NCBI GenBank assembly: GCA_964645315.1
Contig: CAZYBH010000001.1
Coordinates: forward strand, 32,405 to 96,404
From: an uncultured Candidatus Saccharibacteria bacterium
GTDB lineage: Bacteria > Patescibacteriota > Minisyncoccia > Phycocordibacterales > PALSA-1337
Reading direction: 5' to 3'
Length of the DNA: 64,000 nucleotides
Shown: positions 27,938 through 37,793 of the stretch, in pieces
Numbering within the stretch: the stretch's first letter is position 1
Layout of the letters: each line of letters starts with the position of its first letter
Translations under genes and position numbers: made by a program
Notes under the pieces: generated by a model
The model's database searches: none
The model's input: only the letters and a program-made list of their open reading frames with translations
Told to the model about the DNA's origin: nothing

Positions 27938-30900
27938 ATGCAAAATACACCAATAAAAAAACAAACCGACCCAACACAATTCGACTTGATTCGTTTGACT
28001 TTGGCATCTCCAGACAAGATCGCAGAATGGTCATTCGGAGAGGTGACCAAGCCTGAGACAATCAACTATCGTACCCAAAGATCAGAGAAGAGTGGTCTAT
28101 TCGACGAGAGAATATTCGGTCCAGACCATGATTATGAATGTTATTGCGGTAAGTACCGAGGCATTCGCTACAAAGGTATAGTCTGTGAGAAGTGCGGAGT
28201 CGAGATCACTCGTTCTATAGTTCGAAGAGAGAGAATGGGTCATATCGAATTGGCTTCACCAGTGTCTCATATCTGGTTCCTAAGAATCGTTCCTTCTAGG
28301 ATTGGTCTTATCTTGGGTATGACATCAGCCGATCTAGAAAAGGTTATTTACTTCGCTGGTTATATTGTCACCAAGATCCATCAGGAGGAGAAAGATAAAT
28401 TCTTGAAGGATCTCGATTCCGAATTTAAGAGCAAGGTCAAAACAGCTCAAGATGATAAGACAAAAGATGCTCTAAAAGAATTGGTCATCAATGCCAAGAA
28501 GGAGATCGATAGTCTTGTAGAAGGCTACGTCATGGATGAAGTGACATATCACAAATATGCTATCAAGTACGGCTCAGTCTTCGAAGCTGGCATCGGTGCA
28601 GAAGTAGTCTATGAATTATTGAAGAAAATTGATCTAAATAAGCTTGAAGGTGAATTGGTCAAAGCTCTAGAAGAGGCAAGTTCTGCAGATCGTGATCGTG
28701 TCTCAAAGAGGTTGGCTTTGGTCAAACAGATGATCAAATCAAAAGTTCGCCCAGAATGGATGTTCTTGGTCAGAATTCCTGTCATACCACCAGGTTTGCG
28801 TCCAATGGTCGCTCTTGATGGAGGAAGATTTGCTACTTCAGATGTCAATGATCTATACCGAAGAGTTATAAATCGAAACAACCGTCTTTTGAAATTAAAG
28901 GAAATCAATGCTCCGGAAGTTATTTTGAGAAATGAAAAAAGAATTCTTCAGGAGGCAGTCGATGCACTTATCGACAACTCTATCAGACACAGTACTTCAG
29001 CTGGTGCTGCAGCGATCGCTGCCCAAAAGCGCGCACTCAAGTCTCTTTCTGACAGTTTGAAGTCAAAGAGAGGATTGTTCAGACAAAATCTCTTGGGTAA
29101 GCGTGTAGACTATTCTGGACGTTCAGTTATCGTCGTCGGTCCAGAACTTCGACTTGATCAGTGTGGATTGCCAAAGCATATGGCTTTGGAATTGTTCCGA
29201 CCATTCGTCATCTCCGGTCTATTGAAGAGGGAATTGGCATACAATATCCGTGGTGCAAATCGTCTTATCGATGATGGAGCAAAAGAAGTCTGGGAAATTC
29301 TAGAAGAAGTTATCAAGGATCGTTATGTTCTTTTGAACCGCGCTCCTACCTTGCACAGACTTGGTATTCAAGCATTCCGTCCTATTCTTATCGAAGGAAA
29401 TGCTATCCAAGTCCACCCTCTAGTCTGTACCGCTTTCAACGCTGACTTCGATGGAGACCAGATGGCCGTCCACGTTCCACTTTCCGATGAAGCACAATTG
29501 GAGGCAAAGATGATCATGGCTTCAGACAAAAATATTTTAAAGCCTGGTAACAATGATCCTACTGTTGCTGCAAAGATGCTAGATATTGTCCTAGGATGTT
29601 TCTGGGTTACAAAGACTGTCCCAGGTGCCAAAGGTGAGAACAAATATTTCGAAACTCCTGATGCTGCTATTCTTGCAAATAGCTTTGGTGATATAGATTT
29701 GAGAGCAAAGATCAAGGTCCTAGCTCCAAAAAATGATAAGTATGCAAAATTCAATGAAGGTCTATTTGAGACCACAGTCGGAAGGATTCTATTCAACAAC
29801 GTCTTGCCAGAGGATATGTCATACATCAATGAAGAAATTTCAAGAAAAGTCCTGGGTCAAATCATCGATGATGTCATAGTCACAAGGGGTGCCGAAAATG
29901 TCGCTCCAGTACTCGATAAGGTCAAACAATTCGGATTCGGTTATGCCACATATTCAGGTACTACATGGGGTATAGACGATATCATGGTCCCAGAAGCCAA
30001 AAAAGACATCGTTGCAAAGGGTAAATCTCTATCAGATGTAGTCAATAAGCAATTTGAAGAAGGTCTACTTTCAGAAGAAGAAAGAATCAGAAAGCATATT
30101 GAGATCTGGCAAAAGACCAAGGGAGAAGTCGAAAAGGCTATTCCTCAAACACTCGATAAGATGGGATCCGTCTACGACATGGTCACTTCAGGAGCTAGAG
30201 GTTCTCTTTCACAGATCACTCAAATGGTCGGTATGAAAGGTCTCATCGCCTCAGTCTCTGGAGAAACAATCGAATTCCCAATTCTATCTTGTTCTAAGGA
30301 AGGTTTGACACCTATTGAATATTTCATCACCACTCACGGTTCAAGAAAGGGTCTTACTGATACCGCTCTAAACACAGCTAAGGCAGGTTATCTTACAAGA
30401 AAATTGTTCGTTGTTGCTCAAGATGTCGTAGTTTCTGAGACAGATTGTGGTACAAGTTCATATATTACAATTCATAAGCAGACAGCATCAGGACTAAATA
30501 TTCCTTTGTCAAAGAATATTAGAGGAAGGATCTTGGCCGATGATATCAAGACTTCAGACGGCAAAGTCCTCTTCGAAAAGGGTCATATGTTATCGAAGAA
30601 AGATGCCCAAAAAGTCGAGGAAGCTGGTGTACAAGATGTCAAAGTCCGATCACCACTTTCATGTAAGACAGTACGAGGTGTCTGTGCAAAGTGTTATGGT
30701 CTAGATTTGGGTAAAAATGGCTTGGTCAATCTCGGTGAAGCTGTAGGAACGGTCGCCGCTCAAGCGATCGGTGAACCAGGTACTCAGCTTACAATGAGAA
30801 CATTCCACGCCGGAGGTTCTGCTTCACAAGGTGGAGACATCACATCTGGTCTTCCAAGAGTCGAGGAAGTCTTCGAAAAGAGAAGGCCAAAGAATCCTGC

Positions 30901-31618
30901 TGTCGTCGCTACCGTAAATGGTGTCGTCACTGGCATGAAAGATTTGGGTAAAGAAAAAGTTATATTTGTTATCCCAGAAATCGAAGATAAGGGTAAGTCA
31001 AAGGCTTCAGAGATCGAATACACATTCCCATATCGTCGTACTGTTATGGTCAAGGTTGGTGATAAGGTCAAGAAAGGTCAATTGTTGACAGACGGTTCTG
31101 CCGATATCGATGAGGTCTTCGAATATGGAGGTGAAGAACAAGCAAAGGATTATGTCATCTCAGAAGTCAATAAAATTTACGAATTACAAGGTGAGACTGT
31201 GGCTCGCAAGCACATCGAGCTTATAGTCAAGCAGATGTTCAGTCGCAGGAAGGTCGTAGAAGCTGGAAATACAAATCTTACCGAAGGTATGATCGTCGAT
31301 GAGACTCAACTTCTAGAAGAGAATGCTGAAGCAAAGGCAAACGGTGGAAGTCCAGCAAAAGTAGAAAAGATTGTGATGGGTATTACCGAAACATCACTTT
31401 CGAGGAAGAGCTTCCTATCCGCTGCTTCATTCCAACACACGACTCGTGTTCTTATCTCAAACTCAGTCCGTGGTGCAAGCGATGATCTAACTGGTCTAAT
31501 GGAAAATGTCATCATCGGTCGCTTGGTCCCAGCTGGTACAGGTTACAAAGGATCTCCAAAGAAAGATATGGTAGATGCTTTGAAAGGAGATGAGGTGGTA
31601 GGTGAGGAGGAGGTGTAA
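27938..31618 (+). CDS. rpoC: DNA-directed RNA polymerase beta' subunit
   Basis: Zn-finger CYCGKYRGIRYKGIVCEKCG, NADFDGDQMAVHVP catalytic motif, trigger loop and so on. 1226 aa. Confidence 0.95.
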   Translation: MQNTPIKKQTDPTQFDLIRLTLASPDKIAEWSFGEVTKPETINYRTQRSEKSGLFDERIFGPDHDYECYCGKYRGIRYKGIVCEKCGVEITRSIVRRERMGHIELASPVSHIWFLRIVPSRIGLILGMTSADLEKVIYFAGYIVTKIHQEEKDKFLKDLDSEFKSKVKTAQDDKTKDALKELVINAKKEIDSLVEGYVMDEVTYHKYAIKYGSVFEAGIGAEVVYELLKKIDLNKLEGELVKALEEASSADRDRVSKRLALVKQMIKSKVRPEWMFLVRIPVIPPGLRPMVALDGGRFATSDVNDLYRRVINRNNRLLKLKEINAPEVILRNEKRILQEAVDALIDNSIRHSTSAGAAAIAAQKRALKSLSDSLKSKRGLFRQNLLGKRVDYSGRSVIVVGPELRLDQCGLPKHMALELFRPFVISGLLKRELAYNIRGANRLIDDGAKEVWEILEEVIKDRYVLLNRAPTLHRLGIQAFRPILIEGNAIQVHPLVCTAFNADFDGDQMAVHVPLSDEAQLEAKMIMASDKNILKPGNNDPTVAAKMLDIVLGCFWVTKTVPGAKGENKYFETPDAAILANSFGDIDLRAKIKVLAPKNDKYAKFNEGLFETTVGRILFNNVLPEDMSYINEEISRKVLGQIIDDVIVTRGAENVAPVLDKVKQFGFGYATYSGTTWGIDDIMVPEAKKDIVAKGKSLSDVVNKQFEEGLLSEEERIRKHIEIWQKTKGEVEKAIPQTLDKMGSVYDMVTSGARGSLSQITQMVGMKGLIASVSGETIEFPILSCSKEGLTPIEYFITTHGSRKGLTDTALNTAKAGYLTRKLFVVAQDVVVSETDCGTSSYITIHKQTASGLNIPLSKNIRGRILADDIKTSDGKVLFEKGHMLSKKDAQKVEEAGVQDVKVRSPLSCKTVRGVCAKCYGLDLGKNGLVNLGEAVGTVAAQAIGEPGTQLTMRTFHAGGSASQGGDITSGLPRVEEVFEKRRPKNPAVVATVNGVVTGMKDLGKEKVIFVIPEIEDKGKSKASEIEYTFPYRRTVMVKVGDKVKKGQLLTDGSADIDEVFEYGGEEQAKDYVISEVNKIYELQGETVARKHIELIVKQMFSRRKVVEAGNTNLTEGMIVDETQLLEENAEAKANGGSPAKVEKIVMGITETSLSRKSFLSAASFQHTTRVLISNSVRGASDDLTGLMENVIIGRLVPAGTGYKGSPKKDMVDALKGDEVVGEEEV

Positions 31619-31716
31619 TAAAAAGTTCAAAATTATAAATGCAAAATGCAAAGTTGAATCGCATTGCGATAAAACTTTGCATTTTGTGTTTTGAACTTCT
31701 CACCTATGTCAGTTAT
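31591..31716. repeat. ~125-bp direct-repeat module, copy 1 (contains last 8 codons of rpoC plus a bidirectional-terminator-like hairpin caaaatgcaaagtt..aactttgcattttg)
   Basis: ~90% identical to 33740-33863. First 44 bp (tgaggtggtaggtgaggaggaggtgtaataaaaagttcaaaatta) identical. Confidence 0.85.
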
Positions 31717-31731
31717 CTTCAATTATTTTGT

Positions 31732-33708
31732 TTATTTTAGAATATTTACAATTCCTCTGTCTGCATCAACCTCTATCTCATCTCCATCTTTTAATACCTG
31801 AGTGGCAAATTTGGTACCTATTATGCAAGGTTTTTGCATTTCTCGAGCAATAATTGCAGCGTGACAAGTAATACCACCCTCATCAGTAACAAAGGCGAGG
31901 GCTTTCTTCATTGCTGGTACCATATCTGGAGTCGTCATGGGTGAGACAATAATTTCTCCATCGAGCATCTGTTCGACTTGATCTTTCCTTTTAACAATTC
32001 TGACAATTCCTTTAACTTTTCCTTTAAAGGCACTTTGTCCATTCAGTAAGTTATCGCCGTGATCTATTTTTTCAATCTCAAATTCGAATTCTGGAAATTT
32101 ATTAACTAAATTTTCGAATGATATTGTGCCAACAAAAATATCAGGAACTAGTGCAAAGCCGCTGTCTCGTTTCTCGAGTTGGTCTTTATCGATCTTGCCA
32201 CCCAGTTCTTCACGAGTGATATATACAACCAAATAACCTAGATCAGGATAAATATTATTGAGCGCCTTCCAGATGGCAGTATTACATTCAGCAAAGAGAA
32301 CATCCTTTTCTCTAAATTTCTTTGCTTTTTCTTTATACTCTTCTGGTACTTTTTCGTTCATTAGTGCTGCATATAAGATCACAAAATCAGATACTTCGTC
32401 ATAAACGAAATCGATAAAAGTCTGAAGGTCTGAAATTGTTGTGATCTCTCTTTTCCACCATTCCTCAATTTCTGCAAGCCTCTTGTAGTAGTTATCGTAA
32501 ATTTCATCGAAGAATTTTTTATCGGATTTAAACTTTTCCAAAATTTGATCAAGAAGCCAATGGTTTGCTTTTGTGTTCTCCCACACCTCCTCGACACCAT
32601 CCTTCATATAATAGAGATATGGTGGATTATACGGATAATCCTTAAGTCCAAGCTTCTTAATTAAACCTTCTTTGTTTGCTGCAAACCATGCTTGTTGCAT
32701 GATGATCGAGAAATTACGTGTATACGCTTTGATAAAGGTCTGTTTTTGTTGAATGAAAGTTTTATTTGAAAGTGTCGTTATGGGTCTACTTTGTACAATG
32801 TAAAATTTTCCATTTTGATTAGCCCACTCGATATCACAAGGAAAACCGTAGTGATTTTCGATTTTCATTATTATTTCTGAAAGTTCGAGAATTTGTGCTT
32901 CGTTTAGGACTTGTGATGAGGCTTTGGATTCAGGTACCTTTTTCCACTCATTGCCACCTGTATGAGATCGATGTAAAGCACGGTCTTGAGTTGAAACATT
33001 TATATCAATAATTCTACGAGGATCTTTTTCAACAACGTAACTATCAGGGGTGATTTGACCTGATACGATCGCCTCGCCGAGACCAAAACCAGCCTCGATG
33101 ATTAGTTGATTATAATCTTCAGTTACTGGGTGTACAGAGAAAGCAATTCCAGATACTTCTGATTCAACCATTTTTTGTACCACGACTGCTACAGATATCT
33201 TGGTAGTGTGAAGTCCCTTTTCAAATCGATAAAAGATGGCACGAGGAGTAAATAAGGATGCCCAGCAGTGTTTGATCTTATCAAGTAGATCCACTTCGGT
33301 GGTATTCAAGTAAGATTCAAGCTGTCCAGCCCAAGCATGTTCTTTACCATCCTCGGCTGTGGCAGATGATCGGACTGCAACAAATTCCGAATCGAGTTCT
33401 TTAAAGAATCTACTGATCTCAATGGCAATATCCTTTGGCATTTCCTTCGAAAGAATTAGATCTTTAATCTGTTCTGATGCAGACTCAACTGTATGAATTT
33501 CTTGGTGGTTAACTTTATCAAGAATTGCATCAATTTCTTGAATGAGATCAGTCTCTTGGATAAAACGTTCAAATGAGTTGGACAAAATCACAAAACCAGG
33601 AGGAACAGGAATTCCTGCTCGTGTCATTTCACCAAGTGAAGCACCCTTACCACCTGCAATAGTGGCATCATTTTTAGATAGATTTTTGAAGGCTCTGATA
33701 AGCTCCAT
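31732..33708 (-). CDS. PEP-utilising enzyme family protein (PPDK-N ATP-grasp + C-terminal phosphohistidine swivel domain); pyruvate,water dikinase-like / rifampin-phosphotransferase-like architecture
   Basis: N-terminal ATIAGGKGASLGEMTRAGIPVPPGFV (PPDK_N nucleotide-binding). C-terminal GGITCHAAIIAREMQKPCIIGT (PEP-utilizers mobile His domain). The ORF-track N-terminus (to 33822) is encoded by the repeat and is probably not translated, so the start is set at MELIRAF. Confidence 0.75.
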   Translation of the reverse strand: MELIRAFKNLSKNDATIAGGKGASLGEMTRAGIPVPPGFVILSNSFERFIQETDLIQEIDAILDKVNHQEIHTVESASEQIKDLILSKEMPKDIAIEISRFFKELDSEFVAVRSSATAEDGKEHAWAGQLESYLNTTEVDLLDKIKHCWASLFTPRAIFYRFEKGLHTTKISVAVVVQKMVESEVSGIAFSVHPVTEDYNQLIIEAGFGLGEAIVSGQITPDSYVVEKDPRRIIDINVSTQDRALHRSHTGGNEWKKVPESKASSQVLNEAQILELSEIIMKIENHYGFPCDIEWANQNGKFYIVQSRPITTLSNKTFIQQKQTFIKAYTRNFSIIMQQAWFAANKEGLIKKLGLKDYPYNPPYLYYMKDGVEEVWENTKANHWLLDQILEKFKSDKKFFDEIYDNYYKRLAEIEEWWKREITTISDLQTFIDFVYDEVSDFVILYAALMNEKVPEEYKEKAKKFREKDVLFAECNTAIWKALNNIYPDLGYLVVYITREELGGKIDKDQLEKRDSGFALVPDIFVGTISFENLVNKFPEFEFEIEKIDHGDNLLNGQSAFKGKVKGIVRIVKRKDQVEQMLDGEIIVSPMTTPDMVPAMKKALAFVTDEGGITCHAAIIAREMQKPCIIGTKFATQVLKDGDEIEVDADRGIVNILK

Positions 33709-33739
33709 ATTGTATATACTAGCATACCCGAGCTCCTTT

Positions 33740-33863
33740 TGAGGTGGTAGGTGAGGAGGAGGTGTAATAAAAAGTTCAAAATTAAAAATGCAAAATGCAA
33801 AGTGAATCGCACTGCTATTCACTTTGCATTTTGCGTTTTGAACTTTTCACTTATGTCAGTTAT
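33740..33863. repeat. ~125-bp direct-repeat module, copy 2 (includes duplicated rpoC 3'-end fragment gaggtggtaggtgaggaggaggtgtaa)
   Basis: See 31591-31716. Lies immediately upstream of the PEP-utilising gene start. Confidence 0.85.
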
Positions 33864-33935
33864 ATTCAAATAAAACAAGGTGGCCTTCGACCATTTTGTT
33901 TTACAAATATTTTCAATTGTGTACAATATGTACAT

Positions 33936-34187
33936 ATGAAGATACTGACAACAACGCAGGTTCGCAAAACTATTGGTAAGATGATAAATCAGGTCAAATA
34001 TTATGGGGAGGTTTTTGGTATTGGCAGAAGGAATTCAATCGACGCTCTCTTGATTCAATTTCCAGAATCATACAATAAAGACTTAAATGATATAACAAAC
34101 ATTAATTCTAACTCAAAAAGCTTCGATTTCTTGAAAGATGAGCCTGAAACTTATTCATTATCTGATCTCAAGGAAACCTATGTCTAA
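33936..34187 (+). CDS. type II antitoxin, Phd/YefM-like
   Basis: MKILTTTQVRKTIGKMINQV..GEVFGIGRRNSIDALLIQFPESY. 4-codon overlap with the downstream PemK/MazF toxin. Confidence 0.6.
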   Translation: MKILTTTQVRKTIGKMINQVKYYGEVFGIGRRNSIDALLIQFPESYNKDLNDITNINSNSKSFDFLKDEPETYSLSDLKETYV

Positions 34188-34509
34188 AGGAGAGATTGTT
34201 CTTATACCATTTCCATTTACCGATTTATCTGGCAATAAACTTCGACCAGCTCTAATTTTACATAGTAGTAGGAATGGAGAAGACTGCATTGTTTCATTCA
34301 TTTCGTCGGTACGTTCTCGTTCAAGAGATAAATATAATATTCCACTAGATCCAGATGCAGAAAATGGAATCAAAAATCCTTCAGTTATCAAAATCAATAA
34401 GATTGCAACATTGCAAAAGAAGCTGATTCTAGGTAGATTGGGTGTAGTGGATCGGATTACACTAAATAAAATTGATGCACAATTGACTGATTTGTTTGCG
34501 CTCAAATAA
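34180..34509 (+). CDS. mazF: type II toxin, PemK/MazF family endoribonuclease
   Basis: MSKGEIVLIPFPFTDLSGNKLRPALIL matches the PemK/MazF N-terminal signature. ~110 aa. Confidence 0.75.
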   Translation: MSKGEIVLIPFPFTDLSGNKLRPALILHSSRNGEDCIVSFISSVRSRSRDKYNIPLDPDAENGIKNPSVIKINKIATLQKKLILGRLGVVDRITLNKIDAQLTDLFALK

Positions 34510-34575
34510 ATATTGCAAAAAGTATTTATTATAGAAAAGTCTGTTATCTTTTGCATAATGAGCTATACTTCATAC

Positions 34576-36375
34576 ATGAATCGTACTGCCGTAGAAGAAA
34601 TAAAAGCTAGAATACCGATAGAGGAGCTTATAGGCTCATATATCAAGATCGAGAAATCTGGTCGTGCTTTGAAGGCGCGATGTCCATTTCATAATGAGAA
34701 AACTCCCTCATTCTTCATTTCTCCAGAGCGCGGTGGGTATTATTGTTTCGGTTGCGGGGCAAAAGGAGATATATTTTCATTTGTCGAACAATTCGAAGGT
34801 TTGGATTTCAAAGGGGCACTCAAGGTCTTGGCCGAAAAAGCTGGCGTACCACTTGTATTCGAGAAGAAGAGCGACAGCGAGAGAGACAAATTATTTGAAG
34901 TAATGGAGATAACGGCAAGATACTTCCAAGACAATCTCAAAAATTCAAAACAAGCCTTAGAATATCTCAAAAAGCGCGGTCTCAAAGAAGAGACAATACA
35001 TAGTTTTAGAATAGGTTGGGCTCCAGATGGCTGGCAAAATCTCCATGATCATTTGTCCAAAACGGGCTGGAAAGATGAGGTTCTAGAAAATGCTGGTCTT
35101 ATCAAGCAAAGTGATAAAGAAGATGAAATCTCGGCTCATGGCGGGTCGAAAAATATTTCTACAAAAAAGAGATACTATGATCGCTTCCGAGGCAGGATAA
35201 TGTTTCCGATCACAGACTCTAGTGGAAGAATAGTTGCATTCACCGGCAGAATACTGGTCGATGATGGCAAATCCGCAAAATATCTCAATAGTCCGGAGAC
35301 GCCGATTTTTATTAAATCAGATATTTTGTTTGGTCTAGACAAAGCCAAGAGTGACATTCGCAGACTCAATTATTCTATCTTGGTCGAAGGTCAAATGGAT
35401 CTCATCTTGTCTCATCAATCCGGTCTCAAAAATACGATTGCAGCTTCGGGTACAGCTCTTACCGACAATGAAAAAGGTCAAAATGGGATGGTTAGCAACT
35501 TGGGCCTAGTCCGACGACTTAGTCAAAATATGATTATTGCTCTTGATTCTGACAAAGCTGGCAAGACTGCGACTATGAGGGCTGTTGTCGCTACAGCTAT
35601 AGGTCTTGGCATATCTATCAAGATCGCAGATGCTACGTCTCTTGGTCTATTGGGCAAAGATCCGGCCGATATAATTTTGGAGAATCCAGAAAATTGGAAA
35701 AATGTTCTAAAAAATTCCAAACATGTAATTGAGTTTGAGTTGGGAAATATTTTGAAAGAAATAAACGATCATCATAAACTTGCAAAAGCTGTTCGAGATC
35801 GGATTTTTCCATTTCTCTCAAAGATGGACAGTGAGATGGACAAAGCTTTTTATATAAAAATGATTGCTGAGAAAGCGGTATTTAGCGAGCAGGCGATCAT
35901 TGAGGATTTGAGAAAATATGAGAAGACCGTCACGAATAAGGATGTTGCAAAGAATATCAATGAGACCAAAAACAGTGGTTTTGTAGCAAATCGCAAAGAT
36001 ATTGTAGAAAAAAGATTATTTGGACTTATAAATTTGTTACAAAAAAATAACAAATCTTTGGCTGATAAATATCAAGAAGAAGTCAAAAAGATTGCTGGTG
36101 AATATTTCACTGAAATGGAAAATAGCCTAAATCAAAATATCGACGAAATAAATCTCGAAGCAGAAATGTATTTCGGCAGTGATTTGTCGCGAATCGATTT
36201 TCATATGAAAGATCTGATCAAAAACTTCGAACTTGATCGTATCAATGAAGAATTGACTAGATCGATGATTGCTCTTCGTAAAGCCGAAAAAGACGGCAAC
36301 GCCACTCTTCTTGCCGAATTAGCCAAGAAGTGCCAAGTTCTCTCGATCCGTAAATCCGAATTGGGTAGGGTGTAG
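34576..36375 (+). CDS. dnaG: DNA primase DnaG
   Basis: Zn-ribbon CPFHNEKTPSFFISPERGGYYCFGCGAKGD. TOPRIM region (ILVEGQMDLI, ALDSDKAGKTA). Upstream of rpoD. Confidence 0.9.
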   Translation: MNRTAVEEIKARIPIEELIGSYIKIEKSGRALKARCPFHNEKTPSFFISPERGGYYCFGCGAKGDIFSFVEQFEGLDFKGALKVLAEKAGVPLVFEKKSDSERDKLFEVMEITARYFQDNLKNSKQALEYLKKRGLKEETIHSFRIGWAPDGWQNLHDHLSKTGWKDEVLENAGLIKQSDKEDEISAHGGSKNISTKKRYYDRFRGRIMFPITDSSGRIVAFTGRILVDDGKSAKYLNSPETPIFIKSDILFGLDKAKSDIRRLNYSILVEGQMDLILSHQSGLKNTIAASGTALTDNEKGQNGMVSNLGLVRRLSQNMIIALDSDKAGKTATMRAVVATAIGLGISIKIADATSLGLLGKDPADIILENPENWKNVLKNSKHVIEFELGNILKEINDHHKLAKAVRDRIFPFLSKMDSEMDKAFYIKMIAEKAVFSEQAIIEDLRKYEKTVTNKDVAKNINETKNSGFVANRKDIVEKRLFGLINLLQKNNKSLADKYQEEVKKIAGEYFTEMENSLNQNIDEINLEAEMYFGSDLSRIDFHMKDLIKNFELDRINEELTRSMIALRKAEKDGNATLLAELAKKCQVLSIRKSELGRV

Positions 36376-36462
36376 TTTGCATATGTCTGACATATGCTAG
36401 TGTGCTTGCCAAAGGGTCAAAAATGCCCTAGAATGAGGCTTAATTAATAGTAATCTCTTCCT

Positions 36463-37671
36463 ATGAGTAAAACAAAAAAAGCGACCAAAAAAGCGGTTCG
36501 TAAGGGTTCGGTAGCTCGAGTTAAGCCTCAAAAGAACAAGAAAATTGCAGGTAAGAAGCCAGCGAAAGAGGTCAAGATGAGCAAGGCGGACAAAGCAAAG
36601 GACTTCGAGTCGAAGGCCAATAAACTCATCCAAAAAGGACGAGATCGAGGTTTCGTGACTTATGATGAGATTTTGAAAGAATTTCCTCAGATCGAAAATG
36701 ACATCATATTTCTAGATGAATTGTATTCAAAATTGGTCTCAGCAAATGTCGATGTTCTTGAAGGTGGAGGATTGCTAGAAGTAGAAGATCTAACAGTCAA
36801 AAAGGGTCAGGGTGGTATATCTCGCAATCCGGATTCTGCTTACGATTCGATCCAGATGTATCTCAAAGAGATTGGTCAGTATCCACTTATCAATGCTGCA
36901 CAAGAAAAGGAGCTGGCAAAAAGAATTTTGGCTGGTGACAATGAAGCCAAAAATCTTTTGGCAAAAGCCAATTTGAGATTGGTGGTTTCTATTGCAAAAA
37001 AATACGTCGGTCGCAGTCCAGATCTTACTCTTCTTGATCTTATCCAAGAAGGAAATCTAGGACTATTTAGAGCTGTAGACAAATTTGATTGGACAAAAGG
37101 TTTCAAATTTTCTACCTATGCTACATGGTGGATCAGACAAGCTATCACCCGTGCTTTAGCCGATCAATCAAGGACTATTCGTGTGCCAGTACACATGGTC
37201 GAGACTATCGCAAAATACAAACAGGTTGTTAGAAGGCTCAGTCATGAATTGGGTCGTGAACCATTGGCCGAAGAGATTGCTATGGAGATGGACATGGATG
37301 TCGACAAGATTTATCAGATTGAGAAGATCGAACAAGATGTAGTCTCACTCGAAAATCCAGTAGGTGATGATGGTGATGATGGCAAATCTACCCTTCAAGA
37401 TTTTATTCCTGACGACAAAATCCTTTCTCCAGAGCAAGAGTCTTCAAGGAGAATATTGCGTGATCAGGTAAATATGATTTTGAATGATTTGTCCGAAAAA
37501 GAAAGAAAGATTTTGGAAATGAGACACGGTCTAAATGACGGTATAACTCATACACTAGAAGAAGTGGGCAAGGAATTTGGCGTTACTCGCGAACGTATTA
37601 GACAGATTGAAGCCAAGGCACATGAGAAGATTAGACAGCATGAAAATATAAATAGACTTAAGAATTACTAG
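36463..37671 (+). CDS. rpoD: RNA polymerase primary sigma factor (sigma-70/RpoD) with lysine-rich N-terminal extension
   Basis: Regions 1.2-4: [90 protein letters not shown]. Confidence 0.9.
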   Translation: MSKTKKATKKAVRKGSVARVKPQKNKKIAGKKPAKEVKMSKADKAKDFESKANKLIQKGRDRGFVTYDEILKEFPQIENDIIFLDELYSKLVSANVDVLEGGGLLEVEDLTVKKGQGGISRNPDSAYDSIQMYLKEIGQYPLINAAQEKELAKRILAGDNEAKNLLAKANLRLVVSIAKKYVGRSPDLTLLDLIQEGNLGLFRAVDKFDWTKGFKFSTYATWWIRQAITRALADQSRTIRVPVHMVETIAKYKQVVRRLSHELGREPLAEEIAMEMDMDVDKIYQIEKIEQDVVSLENPVGDDGDDGKSTLQDFIPDDKILSPEQESSRRILRDQVNMILNDLSEKERKILEMRHGLNDGITHTLEEVGKEFGVTRERIRQIEAKAHEKIRQHENINRLKNY

Positions 37672-37793
37672 GTAGAAGGCAAAAGTTAAAAGGCAAAATT
37701 TAAGGTTTAAAGTAGAAAGTGTTCATAATAATTAATTAATTTACTCTTATAACTCATATGAGCTTGTTACTTTTGACTTTTGATTTTTAACTT

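Noticed and set aside
24657-31618. Numerous 60-150-aa antisense or internal ORFs within rpoB, rpoC, groEL, ftsZ, typA and so on
   Set aside because: Embedded in well-supported conserved genes on the opposite strand or other frames, with no RBS and low-complexity translations. Standard shadow ORFs.
31512-31703. 63-aa minus-strand ORF overlapping rpoC end and repeat copy 1
   Set aside because: Mirror image of the spurious N-terminal extension above (same repeat). Overlaps rpoC.
33709-33822. N-terminal 38 aa of ORF-track ORF 31732..33822 (MNSSAIHFAFCIFNFELF...)
   Set aside because: Encoded by the reverse complement of repeat copy 2. The conserved PPDK-N domain starts at the internal Met (MELIRAF), so the extension is an artefact of the open frame.
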